A DNA stretch of 64,000 nucleotides. Source: Eutreptiella sp. 'Long Island Sound 2002'. Taxonomy: Eukaryota > Protista > Euglenida. The notes under the pieces were generated by a model, which worked only from the letters and a program-made list of their open reading frames with translations, was not told the origin of the DNA and made no database searches. A program made the position numbers and the translations under genes. This document shows, piece by piece, positions 23,435-36,167 of this stretch (within the stretch, counting starts at the first letter, position 1; each line of letters opens with the position of its first letter). The stretch covers positions 1,240,001 to 1,304,000 of the forward strand of contig OZ038378.1 of assembly GCA_964036045.1 (NCBI GenBank), read 5' to 3'.

Positions 23435-23746
23435 CCAACACACGCCTTGTGGGAGGGCCCGATGATCTGTCAGGTCGTGTGGAGGTGCGGCACAATGGCG
23501 TATGGGGCACAGTCTGTGACGATGGCTGGGACGACATGGATGCCTCTGTGGTGTGCCAGTCACTGGGGTACTCGGGCGGGACAGCGCGTGAAGGAGGCGC
23601 GTTTGACAAAGGGCGTGGGCCGATCTGGCTGGCAAATGTGAACTGCGATGGCACGGAAACGGATTTGACTGAATGCCCACACGGCGGCTGGGGTGGGCAC
23701 GACTGTGCGCACAAAGAAGATGCCGGAGTGGTTTGCAGTCCTGCAG
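23435..23746 (+). CDS. SRCR (scavenger receptor cysteine-rich) domain exon, phase 1-1
   Basis: GCAG|CC..GCAG|GT boundaries, 312 nt. TRLVGG..SGRVEVRHNGVWGTVCDDGWD..ASVVCQSLG..GRGPIWLANVNCDGTE..L.EC..GWGGHDCAHKEDAGVVC is the full SRCR consensus. Confidence 0.92.
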
Positions 23747-24258
23747 GTGCTTGTGCTGCCCCCCACCCTTCGTTGGTTGGGCCGTTGCTCTTTGGCAGAT
23801 TGCAAACAAGTGGAGGTTGGCGATGCTATGTCATGATGCGGTTCTTGGCACATTTGCACCCAAGTTCCCTCCTTGTGCTACACTTCCACGGTTTTTAAGG
23901 GCTTACGTGAGTGTTGAAAGCGTTCAAACTTTTACCCGTGGGCATGGGGGTGGCAGTATGTAGTCTGTAGACACTGAGTGTTATAAGTACACGCGGTCTA
24001 CGCATGGTTGGCAAAGTCGGCTTGTTGTGGATAAGATATTGTTCTTGGTTCGGTAGGGCACAGAGTTCCTTGACGTCTGTCAGGCTCGAGGTACCGAATT
24101 GTCGTGGTGAGGTTTGGGGGGTGCATACGTAGTTTTGGTGCTACATTGGCACACTTAATCCCCTCCCTGTCCTGATACCACGAGGTACTGCGGGGAGAGG
24201 GCATCAGCATCACATTTGCAGTGCACAACCGCCCCAATGCTGCAATGTTGTTGCCCAG

Positions 24259-24420
24259 ATGTGGACTGTGTGAGCAGCTGGAGCCCTTGGTCAACCTGCA
24301 CTGAAACATGCGGTGGAGGCACGCGGACCCGTGCACTTCGCATCACCACACGTCATTCCGGGGCTGGAACACGGTGTCCGGCAACCAAGGCGACCGAAAT
24401 CTGCAATCCTCAGCCCTGCA
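24259..24420 (+). CDS. Thrombospondin type-1 exon, phase 1-1
   Basis: CCCAG|AT..TGCA|GTATG, 162 nt; VDCVSSWSPWSTCTETCGGGTRTR..RCP..EICNPQPC. Confidence 0.9.
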
Positions 24421-25415
24421 GTATGAAGCCCGTGCATGTGCGTGCTCTGCGAAGCTCAAGGCTCACCCGGTGGGCCGAAACTCGGATAGGTTGTGCATGC
24501 GGGTTTGTTTTGTTGCCGCCGACCCCCCTCCCCCTCTCAGGAACGGAAGCACACCCCATCGCAGACCGCCAACAGAAAGAGACAGGACAGCACAGCAGAC
24601 GACCCCGTTCCCGCGGCTCCACGTGTCTTTACACTACAGCGACGACAACCTCAACTTTGGAACAAACGTTGACACAGTCAACGAGGTCAATGCCCCGAGA
24701 CGTTTTCGATATGTTTCCCAAGCGATGAAGGAACGATGCAGCCACTTTCTTGGAACTGCGCAGGAACTGCATTGAGAAATGCAGAAAGAACATCTTTTCC
24801 TGAAGTGACGACATCCGCGTCACAAAGGGGGCGGGGGAAAAGACGCGCAGCATGTAGACCAATGCAAACCGATTCATTGCCACAGGGCAGGGTCTGTGTA
24901 GGGGGTATGCAATGCACAACGCGGTCCTATGCAATGCACTCCGGTGGTCAAACCTGCAGAGGCCTGACGAGCTGGGTTTGGGTGTGAGCAGTGTCCGCCA
25001 GAGAAAGATAATGCCATCATATCTATCGCTTGGTTGGTGACATTTGTGTTTTTAAGGGTCTACGTGAGTGTTGAAAGCGTTCAAACGTTTACCCGTGGGC
25101 ATGGGGGTGGCAGTATGTAGTCTGTAGACACTGTGTGTTATATGTAGACGCGGTCTACGCATGGTTGACACAGTCGGCTTGTTGTGGATAAGATATTGTT
25201 CTTGGTTCGGTAGGGCACAGAGTTCCCTGACGTCTGTCAGGCTCGAGGTACCGAATTGTCGTGGTGAGGTTTGGGGGGTGCATACGTAGTTTTGGTGCTA
25301 CATTGGCACACTTAATCCCCTCCCTGTCCTGATACCACGAGGTACTGCGGGGAGAGGGCATCAGCATCACATTTGCAGTGCACAACCGCCCCAATGCTGC
25401 AATGTTGTTGCCCAG

Positions 25416-25565
25416 ATGTGGGCTGGAGCCCTTGGTCAACCTGCACTGAAACATGCGGTGGAGGCACGCGGACCCGTACACTTCGCATCACCACACGTCA
25501 TTCCGGGGCTGGAAAACGGTGTCCGGCAACCAAGGCGACCGAAACCTGCAATCCTCAGCCCTGCA
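25416..25565 (+). CDS. Duplicated TSP1 exon with a 12-nt in-frame deletion
   Basis: Copy of 24259-24420 with the same splice sites; the deletion removes the first Cys (DCVSS becomes G). Confidence 0.7.
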
Positions 25566-27172
25566 GTATGAAGCCCGTGCATGTGCGTGCTCTGCGAAGC
25601 TCAAGGCTCACCCGGTGGGCCGAAACTCGGATGATAGGTTGTGCATGCGGGTTTGTTTTGTTGCCGCCGACCCCCCTCCCCCTCTCAGGAACGGAAGCAC
25701 ACCCCATCGCAGACCGCCAACAGAAAGAGACAGGACAGCACAGCAGACGACCGCGTTCCCGCGGCTCCACGTGTCTTTACACTACAGCGACGACAACCTC
25801 AACTTTGGAACAAACGTTGACACAGTCAACGAGGTCAATGCCCCGAGACGTTTTCGATATGTTTCCCAAGCGATGAAGGAACGATGCAGCCACTTTCTTG
25901 GAACTGCGCAGGAACTGCATTGAGAAATGCAGAAATCATATCTATCGTTTGGTTGGTGACATTTGTCTCATACACGGCGGGGGGCTTTGGCGGAGGGTTG
26001 AGGCTGGTGGTTTAATGGAGCTCTGCACGGGAGCGGAGGGAGGTGGTTAGGTAAAGGGCCTCCAAGGGCCGCAAGGTTATTTCTCTCCCATGCAACAGAA
26101 AGGATCCAAGAATTCAACCTCATTTCTGACTCATTCGAGTTGTGCCACACATCCTCCCGAAGGGCCCAGTTTTTGTTCAGGAGCTACACGGGGGGCAGTG
26201 CTGCACAGTACCGTACCCTTGCTTTAGTACCCAGAGAGAGAATTGGAACGCGAAGCCTTCCGAGCGCTTTTAGAACGCCTTGTGTGCACACGTTTTATCG
26301 TTTGGTGTGGTAGAGCGGGCCGTGACGTGGCATGGGTTGGCGTTGCGTGGCGTGGTGTATCATGGTGTGGTGGGCTACGGTGTGGTGTGGTGGGTGGGCT
26401 AGGGTGTGGTGCAGAGTCTTCGGCCGGGCTCTGCAGTGCAATGTGGTTGGGGTGATTGGTGAGGGGTGTCTTCGAACATGGTGTTCTAAAAGCGTTCTAA
26501 CTCTGAAATGGACGGTATAAACGTCCGGTTTTTGAACGCTTTTAGCGCGCCACATTAGAGCTTTTTTAGAACAGGCGTTGCCCATGACCAGCCACATCAT
26601 CGAGCTAGAGGCCACCAAGACGCCTGTACCCCGACCACGCCCGCCCACACAGGAGTGCACCCCCCACCCCAAAACAGCAGGAAGCAGTCCATTCCATGTA
26701 GTGTTCCGTGTCAATTAAACGTTGAAATCACCTGAAACAGGGTTGTGAGATCAAGTGCAGGTGCGAGCGCCATGCCCCCCCCCCCCCTCCTTTGTCCCAA
26801 ATGATCCCCCGATGGATTTTTAGCTTTTTACCCCTCAGCCCCCCCCCGTAGCTGGGTACCGCTTTTTAAACCCCCTCCGAATGAATTTTTCCCAGGCCCT
26901 GGTGATGCACCCCTGACAAGTGGCAAACTGCCTGGACATGCTGCGCACCGCTGATGGGTAACACTCGCTGATCCGGAACCCCCTGGCCCTGTGTTACATG
27001 TCCCGCATCGATAGGGCCGACCACTGTCCAAAGTTCACCGCCATGGGAAAGGCTGGATGTGAAGCATGCCAGTGCCGGCATGGGAGGGATGCCAAGGGCC
27101 CCACTGCCCGATTCCCCAGGGTGACTAACTGGCCGTGATGCACCTCCAAAATGCATTGCTGTCGTTCTGCAG

Positions 27173-27334
27173 GTGAAGATTGTGTGTTCACGTGGGGCAG
27201 CTGGGGCGCATGCTCTCACAGCTGCGCCAAAGGAACCCGAAGCCGGACTGCTGGCATCAGCACCCGAGGCACCGGATCTGGAACTGCATGCCCATCGTCC
27301 CCAGACACCGAGGCCTGCAACACTCAGCCCTGCA
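27173..27334 (+). CDS. Thrombospondin type-1 exon, phase 1-1
   Basis: CTGCAG|GT..TGCA|GTATG, 162 nt; EDCVFTWGSWGACSHSCAKGTRSR..ACP..EACNTQPC. Confidence 0.9.
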
Positions 27335-27889
27335 GTATGCATTTGGGTCGATGTGGGTTGTCGGTGCGCCGGTGGATGAACTTGGTCAGGCTGCGGCTGC
27401 AAGCGCGTGCATTTGGGGACAGCAGCTGAACAAAATAACCTGCAGAAACGGAACTTCGAGACTTCCACCCGCCCCCTCTCTCCTGGAACTTCCTTCCCCG
27501 CGACGCAGGCATTCTACCCGACTTGACAAGGCTTTATGGAACACCCTACACGCGATGATGGGGACCGGTTGCGATTCGTCAAAGCTGCTTGAGCATTCCC
27601 CGGTAGGGGTTGGGAGGGGCCGGCAGGGGGGGGGTCCCACCAGGGTGATGTGCATGTGGGAGCATGTGCGAGGGCCAAGAAGGCTGGAGGCGTTTTCCGG
27701 AAACGCCAGAGAGTTCCCATGTAGCACCATTGGCACCATCGAACTACAGAAGCAGACTCGCAACTGCAATGTGTGCCGAAGTGCCAAATATGACCAGACA
27801 GCACGAAGATCTAAGCAGCAGCGACAGCAGCAGTGGCGTTGCTTACACCAATCATTTGCCATACATCACACTCTGTTCCCTTTCTCCAG

Positions 27890-28201
27890 GTTGCTGCAAC
27901 AGCGTGGCCATTGCAGGAGCATCTGATGTCCAATTTACAAGGATGGGCCAATTCACAAAGATTCCTGGGGTAACCAAGAACTACCGTCCAGTGTACATTA
28001 ATTCCCACAAGCAGTACCTTTACTATTGGATGACGACCCATTATCAGGCCTGGCACATTGGGTCTGATTACAATTCAGTCATGGCTGGTGTGAGAAGCAA
28101 ACCAAACGAGAGAACAGCGTGTCCAGTGGATGCTACTCCGCCTTGGCTTGAGTGGCACAGCAGTCAATGGCATGACAGGAGCTCCATCACGGCAGATTGC
28201 G
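27890..28201 (+). CDS. 104-codon Cys/Trp-rich extracellular module exon, copy 1
   Basis: TTTCTCCAG|GT..TGCG|GTATG, 312 nt, open; CCNSVAI..RPVYINSHKQYLYYW..WHIGSDY..CP..W..W..ITADC. Confidence 0.75.
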
Positions 28202-28904
28202 GTATGTTCATGCCGGAGGTCCCAGAGGGCAGTCGTGTGACTTCTTCCTGAAGAGTGTGGATTCTAATCACCGTCGGTTTTTTTCAGCCACTGTCAGCAT
28301 TCGTTAGCCAATCCACAATCGGCATGACCGCCACTGGGAGCGGGTGTGGGACCATTAGAACCTCACCGGGCAGAAAGCCATGCAGAAAATGGAAATCCGC
28401 AATGACCTCTCGTTGCTAGCTGCCTCAGCTATACCGGGCGCGCAGTGCCAAAATTTTGAAGGCAACCATCACGGATAACATCAAGACATAGTGCATTGAA
28501 GACAATGATGTCAGCAGCAGTGGGCAGAGGATTGAAAGTTGTCCATGGTCTTCAGAATCTGTGCATCCATGGCATCATGCAGCACCTTGCTTTTCCATGC
28601 TAATCCCAAATGTGCAGCACAATATGCAGCAACACAAGCACGCAGTCATTAGGACTTGGATGCCTGTCATACAAGTTGGATTGGTCTTCACATTTGCACG
28701 GCTTAAGGGAATGCTGTTCACGCAATGCACACGCAGTGCAAAGTTTTGTATGGCGGCAACTAATCAGCCCTAGTTTTGCCCGTTTCCCACAAGTTACCGC
28801 GGTTCTTAGGATACAAAGTGAGTTGAATCCCATCGCTGATATGCAATTTATTAGGGGTACAGAAATGGTGTTTGGTCAAGGTTGAGGGGTTCATTGTGGG
28901 TGCA

Positions 28905-29062
28905 TTGTACACACGTGGGGGCGAGTTCATGGCTTTTGTGCTCGGTGACGTGCGGTACTGGGTCCCAAGACCAAACACGACGCATCACGCGGCAGTCAGC
29001 CTACGGTGGTGATGCTTGCCCTGCAACCCCAACTTCAAAGAAGTGCATGGACATTCCCTATC
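28905..29062 (+). pseudogene. TSP1 exon with a degenerate 5' end, copy 1
   Basis: [36 protein letters not shown] followed by a GTATG donor; WxxW motif and acceptor not intact. Confidence 0.6.
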
Positions 29063-29170
29063 GTATGTTGTGGTCCCCTTCTCGTGCAAGTCTGTCTGCC
29101 AAGCATCGGTGTGGGAGTTGCAGCATCGGCGTTCTATGCTTGACACTTGTGTGTCTGTGTGTGTGCCAAG

Positions 29171-29722
<552 letters not shown>

Positions 29723-30690
29723 CATTTCCCCCGTGGGTCCCGCCCACTTGTCCCTTTGAGGGATCTGAACAAGATGTGTACCACAAACTTAAAGCCTGCT
29801 CTTGGCTTACTGTGCCTGTCCATATCTTGCAAAGTACTTTTGGCCCCGTGTTTAGTGCTTCCGGTCGTGCCCCCACCAGTCGGCTCTGCACTGACTACCC
29901 GCCGTTGTCCCTCACTCGAGCCCCGGGCCTCTTACTTTGGAAAATAGCGCGTGTTGTGGGTCTATCGTTGCGATGTTAGCATCCGGGGCGCAGCCATGAA
30001 TCATTTGGCATTCATGCGGGTGTTGTACTCAGAGGTGTCCAAGTGGCTGGAGATGCCATCTTTGTCCCTCTCGCACGAGGCCATTTGTTTTTCCGTGCTG
30101 TTCAAGGTTGGCTCTCGGATGGCAACATTCCGGTCCTACCTGGCTCGGAGGTAGACAGTGCGAAGCGCCCAGCAGACTCATCCGGGACCCCAAACCCCCA
30201 CATGTTCCGACCGGGCAACGCGGACAAAGTGGGGCAGAAACGGGCCCGTGCAGAACAAGCAGGGAGGGTGGTGGAGGCGATTCATGTGCCTCATGCATAT
30301 ACTGACGGCTCGTATGCAGAGGAAGGGCCGGGGGGGGGGGGTGTTCGCTGGCTATGGAGTGTGGTTTGGCGCCCTTCATCCCCCGAATATATCCTCCCGG
30401 GGCCAGTCCAGACCAATAATAGAGCGGAGCCGACTGCCTGCCTTGAGGCCCTATGGGCGGTCCCATTGTCGCAGCCGTTGCGTATCATTACCGACAGTAA
30501 GTATGTGTATGACGGTGTGACCCTGTACATGCACCGCTGGGCACTACAGGGCCGCCGAGTCACCAACCAGGACCTGTGGGAGTCCCTCAAAGCGGTGCTG
30601 CGGCAGAGACACTCTAGAAGCATGTATACAGTCATGTTGGTATCATTGGTAATGAACGTGCAGATTTGTTAGCGAACCAGGGGCGCCGGC
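29723..30690 (+). mobile_element. 5'-truncated LINE 3' end: zinc-knuckle remnant, W..R motif and C-terminal RNase H
   Basis: [18 protein letters not shown] and LWVYRC, then AYTDGS..QTNNRAE..TDSKYV..NQDLW. After a frameshift near 30610 the sequence reads HVYSHVGIIGNERADLLA, completing the RNase H1 motif set. Confidence 0.85.
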
Positions 30691-31513
30691 GTCACCCAGA
30701 TAGGGTGCGCTATCTCCGAGACCAGCTTGCCCGTTAGGGTCAGCGCCCGGTAGTGTTAGCCTCCTAGACACCTCGCCACTGCGGGTAACTACACATTGCC
30801 CCTGGGTGAAGACCCTTGCCAGCTTTGAACCATTTTTGCGCATTAAGGTACAAGAGGCATGGACGGTATACTGCCAAGCGCCATGGACTGGCAATCGTCG
30901 TCGTCGGGGGTTCGAACCCCCTTTCCGTCCAGGGGCTGTTGGCTGCGCCCCCACCACCGCCCCCACAGCATCTCGCACCACCACCGGCACCACCGGTGGA
31001 TGGGTGGTGTGCCTCTCGTCCTTGTGATATTTTTCCACCGCACAAGGCGTCATATTTTCCACACAAAAACGCCGGGCACCAGCACACCTGTAGCAGTGCG
31101 CCCTATCACCGGCACCGCCGGCGGACGGGAGCCGCATCTCCTCCTCGTATTCCTCCTCGGGGGTTCGAACTGGCATCTTCAAGGCGGCGGCTGGCTGCAC
31201 GGCTGCTGCGGTAAGCGGCCAGAACCTAACCCTGCGGGCGGCCCACTTTGGAAGTGCCACAATATGGTGCTAATCTGCAGCTTGCATGTTTGTTCGTTGC
31301 AGCGTTTCCGCCTTTAACTGGTTCTGCTAGTTCGCTGCGGGATGGAACCAGGGAAACTGTGTGCCGACTTACCCCACACCCCCTCTCCATGGTTGGATGG
31401 CTGGCGGTCCTGAGGACCAGCAGGGGGGGACATGAAAGCTTGCTCATGCCCCCCCTCCCTTGAGTCTATGTGTGGATCACACATTGCTTGTTGGTGAGGT
31501 AACGGTCTGTATC

Positions 31514-31583
31514 GTCTCTGTAGCTGAATGGTATGCGCCGGGTCTCGCATGCCGTAGGCGGTGGTTCGAACCCCGGGGAGGGT
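31514..31583 (+). repeat. tRNA-Ala(CGC)-like SINE head
   Basis: A-box TAGCTGAATGG, loop CTCGCAT, B-box GGTTCGAACC; stems imperfect. Confidence 0.5.
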
Positions 31584-31643
31584 TGGGATGCACTGGGCGG
31601 CAAGGCGGCCCTGCCTTTTGTGCCTGTGAAGCGAGTAAGCTGA

Positions 31644-31716
31644 CCTCTTCAATATGGTACAGTGGCCAGGGCGTTGCACGCCGGCCGGATAGTGCCAGGT
31701 TCGAATCCGGGGGGGC
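31644..31716 (+). repeat. Second tRNA-like head (TGC anticodon-like loop)
   Basis: A-box-like TGGTACAGTGG, TTGCAC loop, B-box GGTTCGAATCC; stems imperfect. Confidence 0.45.
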
Positions 31717-32074
31717 TCGAAATGCGTAGATTTCGTGTTATAGTCTATGACTATCTACATAACATCAAGGTTATTTTTTCTGCAACCATGTGCCTGGCAT
31801 ATGCCCCCCCCTCCCCTTTAGTCTCAAGGGATGCATGGGGCTGGGATGTGGGGAGTGGTAGGGCACACGAGCATGCAATGTGGGTCTTGCTGTCGTGCGG
31901 ATGGTTCTGAGGGCAGGAGCCGTGGTGCGTTGCCGGAAACTGTAAATATGGAGTCTCGTGCCCGCTAGGCAGCCCCGCCTGCAGGGCTGAACAATCGAAC
32001 TCATGGTTTGCAGCAGTGATAGGACTTCAGGATTGTTGAACCTCGCAGATGGAGCGATTCGAATGGATTCCTTG

Positions 32075-32075
<1 letters not shown>

Positions 32076-32115
<40 letters not shown>

Positions 32116-32116
32116 G

Positions 32117-32151
<35 letters not shown>

Positions 32152-32648
32152 CGCACTTGCTTCATGCCTCATGCTTGCGGACGTACCACCTGGGCCTGAG
32201 CCTACCCCTGGATGTCCCGGTAGGTCATTGTTTCCAAGAGGCAGGCCATTATCAGACCTACCCCCGGTTGCCCCACCACTTGCCCCAGGGATCCCCCCCC
32301 TCACGCCCAGCAAGCAGTAAAGCCGGCGAGGACCCCCGTGCAGGCCTCCATCACGGGCTCCACCTCTTAAATTAATGCACAACACAACATGCAGCATGCA
32401 CCCATGCACACACACGCAGACACACACATACACCACAAGACGCCCCTTCTCCTCCACAGTATTCTCCATAGCTCCATGGGTGCAATGCCCTGCCTCATGG
32501 GCGCAATGCCCTACCTCTTGGGCGCAATACCCAGCTCCATGGGCGCAATACCCAGCTCCATGGGCGCAATACCCAGCTGCATGGGCGCAATACCCAGCTG
32601 CATGGGCGCAATGCCCAGCTCCATGGGCGCAATGCCCTACTCCATGGT
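32076..32648 (+). repeat. CA/GGCCT array plus module U (copy 1) with a 21-bp minisatellite
   Basis: 32150-32600 is near-identical to the sequence from 34918; tandem GCTCCATGGGCGCAAT(A/G)CCCA units at about 32470-32648. Confidence 0.92.
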
Positions 32649-33008
32649 CTCTTTGTGGAACACCCTACACGCGATGATGGGGACCGGTTGCGATTCGTCA
32701 AAGCTGCTTGAGCATTCCCCGGTAGGGGTTGGGAGGGGCCGGCGGGGGGGGGGTCCCACCAGGGTGATGTGCATGTGGGAGCATGTGCGAGGGCCAAGAA
32801 GGCTGGAGGCGTTTTCCGGAAACGCCAGAGAGTTCCCATGTAGCACCACTGGCACCATTGAACTACAGAAGCAGACTCGCAACTGCAATGTGTGCCGAAG
32901 TGCCAAATATGACCAGACAGCACGAAGATCTAAGCAGCAGCGACAGCAGCAGTGGCGTTGCTTACACCAATCATTTGCCATACATCACACTCTGTTCCCT
33001 TTCTCCAG

Positions 33009-33320
33009 GTTGCTGCAACAGCGTGGCCATTGCAGGAGCATCTGATGTCCAATTTACAAGGATGGGCCAATTCACAAAGATTCCTGGGGTAACCAAGAAC
33101 TACCGTCCAGTGTACATTAATTCCCACAAGCAGTACCTTTACTATTGGATGACGACCCATTATCAGGCCTGGCACATTGGGTCTGATTACAATTCAGTCA
33201 TGGCTGGTGTGAGAAGCAAACCAAACGAGAGAACATCGTGTCCAGTGGATGCTACTCCGCCTTGGCTTGAGCGGCACAGCAGTCAATGGCATGACAGGAG
33301 CTCCATCACGGCAGATTGCG
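33009..33320 (+). CDS. 104-codon Cys/Trp-rich module exon, copy 2
   Basis: Same splice sites as copy 1, open frame, few substitutions (A>S, W>R). Confidence 0.65.
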
Positions 33321-34034
33321 GTATGTTCACGCCTGAGGTCCCAGAGGGCAGTCGTGTGACTTCTTCCTGAAGAGTGTGGATTCTAATCACCGTCGGTTTT
33401 TTTCAGCCACTGTCAGCATTCGTTAGCCAATCCACAATCGGCATGACCGCCACTGGGAGCGGGTGTGGGACCATTAGAACCTCACCGGGCAGAAAGCCAT
33501 GCAGAAAATGGAAATCCGCAATGACCTCTCGTTGCTAGCTGCCTCAGCTGGGGCCACTCCATACCGGGCGCGCAGTGCCAAAATTTTGAAGGCAACCATC
33601 ACGGATAACATCAAGACATAGTGCATTGAAGACAATGATGTCAGCAGCAGTGGGCAGAGGATTGAAAGTTGTCCATGGTCTTCAGAATCTGTGCATCCAT
33701 GGCATCATGCAGCACCTTGCTTTTCCATGCTAATCCCAAATGTGCAGCACAATATGTAGCAACACAAGAACGCAGTCATTAGGACTTGGGTGCCTGTCAT
33801 ACAAGTTGGATTGGTCTTCACATTTGCACGGCTTAAGGGAATGCTGTTCACGCAATGCACACGCAGTGCAAAGTTTTGTATGGCGGCAACTAATCAGCCC
33901 TAGTTTTGCCCGTTTCCCACAAGTTACCGCGGTTCTTAGGATACAAAGTGAGTTGAATCCCATCGCTGATATGCAATTTATTAGGGGTACAGAAATGGTG
34001 TTTGGTCAAGGTTGAGGGGTTCATTGTGGGTGCA

Positions 34035-34192
34035 TTGTACACACGTGGGGGCGAGTTCATGGCTTTTGTGCTCGGTGACGTGCGGTACTGGGTCCCAAGA
34101 CCAAACACGACGCATCACGCGGCAGTCAGCCTACGGTGGTGATGCTTGCCCTGCAACCCCAACTTCAAAGAAGTGCATGGACATTCCCTATC
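34035..34192 (+). pseudogene. TSP1 exon with a degenerate 5' end, copy 2
   Basis: Duplicate of 28905-29062. Confidence 0.55.
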
Positions 34193-34295
34193 GTATGTTG
34201 TGGTCCCCTTCTCGTGCAAGTCTGTCTGCCAAGCATCGGTGTGGGAGTTGTAGCATCGGCGTTCTATGCTTGACACTTGTGTGTCTGTGTGTCCA

Positions 34296-34414
34296 AAAAT
34301 TCCAAAAATTTGGCACACACACACACACACACACACACCCACACACACACACGGCCTCTCACATACACACACACGGCCTCACACACACACACGACCTTAC
34401 ACACACACACATGG

Positions 34415-34445
<31 letters not shown>

Positions 34446-34516
34446 TGGCCTCACACACACACACACACACACACCCACACACACACACACGGCCTCACAC
34501 ACACACACACACACAG

Positions 34517-34556
<40 letters not shown>

Positions 34557-34560
34557 CCTC

Positions 34561-34594
<34 letters not shown>

Positions 34595-34650
34595 GGCCTC
34601 GCACACACCCACACACACACACACGGCCTCACACACACACACACACACAG

Positions 34651-34688
<38 letters not shown>

Positions 34689-34692
34689 CCTC

Positions 34693-34726
<34 letters not shown>

Positions 34727-34917
34727 GGCCTCGCACACACGCACACACACACACACGGCCTCACACACACACACACGGGATCACACAAACACACGCACAC
34801 ACACACGGCCTCACACACACACACACACACACACGGCCTCACACACACACACACACACGGGCTCACACAAACACACACACACACACACACATGGCCTCAC
34901 ACACACACACACACACA
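34296..34917 (+). repeat. AAAAATTCC motif followed by a CA/GGCCT array
   Basis: Direct reading. Confidence 0.95.
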
Positions 34918-35476
34918 TGCGCACTTGCTTCATGCCTCATGCTTGCGGACGTACCACCTGGGCCTGAGCCTACCCCTGGATGTCCCGGTAGGTCATTGTT
35001 TCCAAGAGGCAGGCCATTATCAGACCTACCCCCGGTTGCCCCACCACTTGCCCCAGGGATCCCCCCCCTCACGCCCAGCAAGCAGTAGAGCCGGCGAGGA
35101 CCCCCGTGCAGGCCTCCATCACGGGCTCCACCTCTTAAATTAATGCACAACACAACATGCAGCATGCACCCATGCACACACACGCAGACACACACATACA
35201 CCACAAGACGCCCCTTCTCCTCCACAGTATTCTCCATAGCTCCATGGGTGCAATGCCCTGCCTCATGGGCGCAATGCCCTACCTCTTGGGCGCAATACCC
35301 AGCTCCATGGGCGCAATACCTAGCTCCATGGGCGCAATACCCAGCTGCATGGGCGCAATACGCAGCTCCATGGGTGCAATGCCCAGCTCCATGGGCGCAA
35401 TGCCCAGCCTCTTGGGCGCAATGCCCAGCCTCTTGGGCGCAATGCCCAGCCTCTTGGGCGCAATGCCCAGCTCCCA
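34918..35476 (+). repeat. Module U (copy 2) with an expanded 21-bp minisatellite
   Basis: Matches 32150-32648 with more units. Confidence 0.92.
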
Positions 35477-36043
35477 CAGGCATACCTCTGGTTGCAGCCA
35501 CTGTCACTTTGCGATGTCCGGTGCTCAACGCGCCCCACGGCCCCCGGCTCGGGGAGCCTCAAATTGTTGCCTACAGATTCCGTCTCCTTTTGGCAAGCGG
35601 CCCCCAGCTCAGGTCAGCCTGTGTAGCAAACAAAATGATGCACGGTGCACATAACGCCACCTACACTTACCGCGCACACGCTTCACACCGCAGGGGAAGG
35701 GGGGGGGGGGGGGGGGGGCTGCACTCAGTCCCTCGCTCAAGGGGGGGGGGGGGCTCCTACCCGTTCCCCTCCCACTCCTCCACGTACCAACGAACCATCA
35801 ACTGAACTCGAAAAAGAAATTGCACCACCACCGTAGCTCACCAGACTGAGGTGCCACAGGCACCAGGCACCAGACACCCTCCCCCAGAAATCGGCAGCCC
35901 ACCAACTTGGTGCTACCGGGGGCTGCCCCACCACCTCCCGGAGCTACTCAGGGGTGTGCTGACGGTGGACCACTGCGTAACAACGCCCCCCAGTTCAACT
36001 ACCCATAACAAAGGCAGGACAGCTGGGACGCCCGCAGTGGTAC

Positions 36044-36167
36044 CGGTCACTTACGTACACATACACACACACGGCCTCACACACACACACACACACACAC
36101 GGCCTCACACACACACACACACACGGCCTCTCACACACACACACACACACGGCCTCACACACACACA
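36044..36167 (+). repeat. CGGTCACTTACGTAC anchor plus CA/GGCCT array, left of the RT
   Basis: Same anchor and array as at 38101. Confidence 0.95.

Larger units (their letters stand above)
23035..25965 (+). repeat. Tandem duplication of the TSP1 exon with its flanking introns
   Basis: 23890-25015 matches 25050-25935; the marker ATCATATCTATCG..TTGGTGACATTTGT recurs near 23036, 25016 and 25935. Confidence 0.9.
32652..34295 (+). repeat. Segmental duplicate of 27532-29165
   Basis: Near-identical sequence starting TGGAACACCCTACACGCG; this copy has about 11 extra nt near 33550. Confidence 0.95.

Noticed and set aside
26738-26894. hAT-like MITE with CAGGG termini
   Set aside because: Only 5 bp of inverted match and no target duplication.
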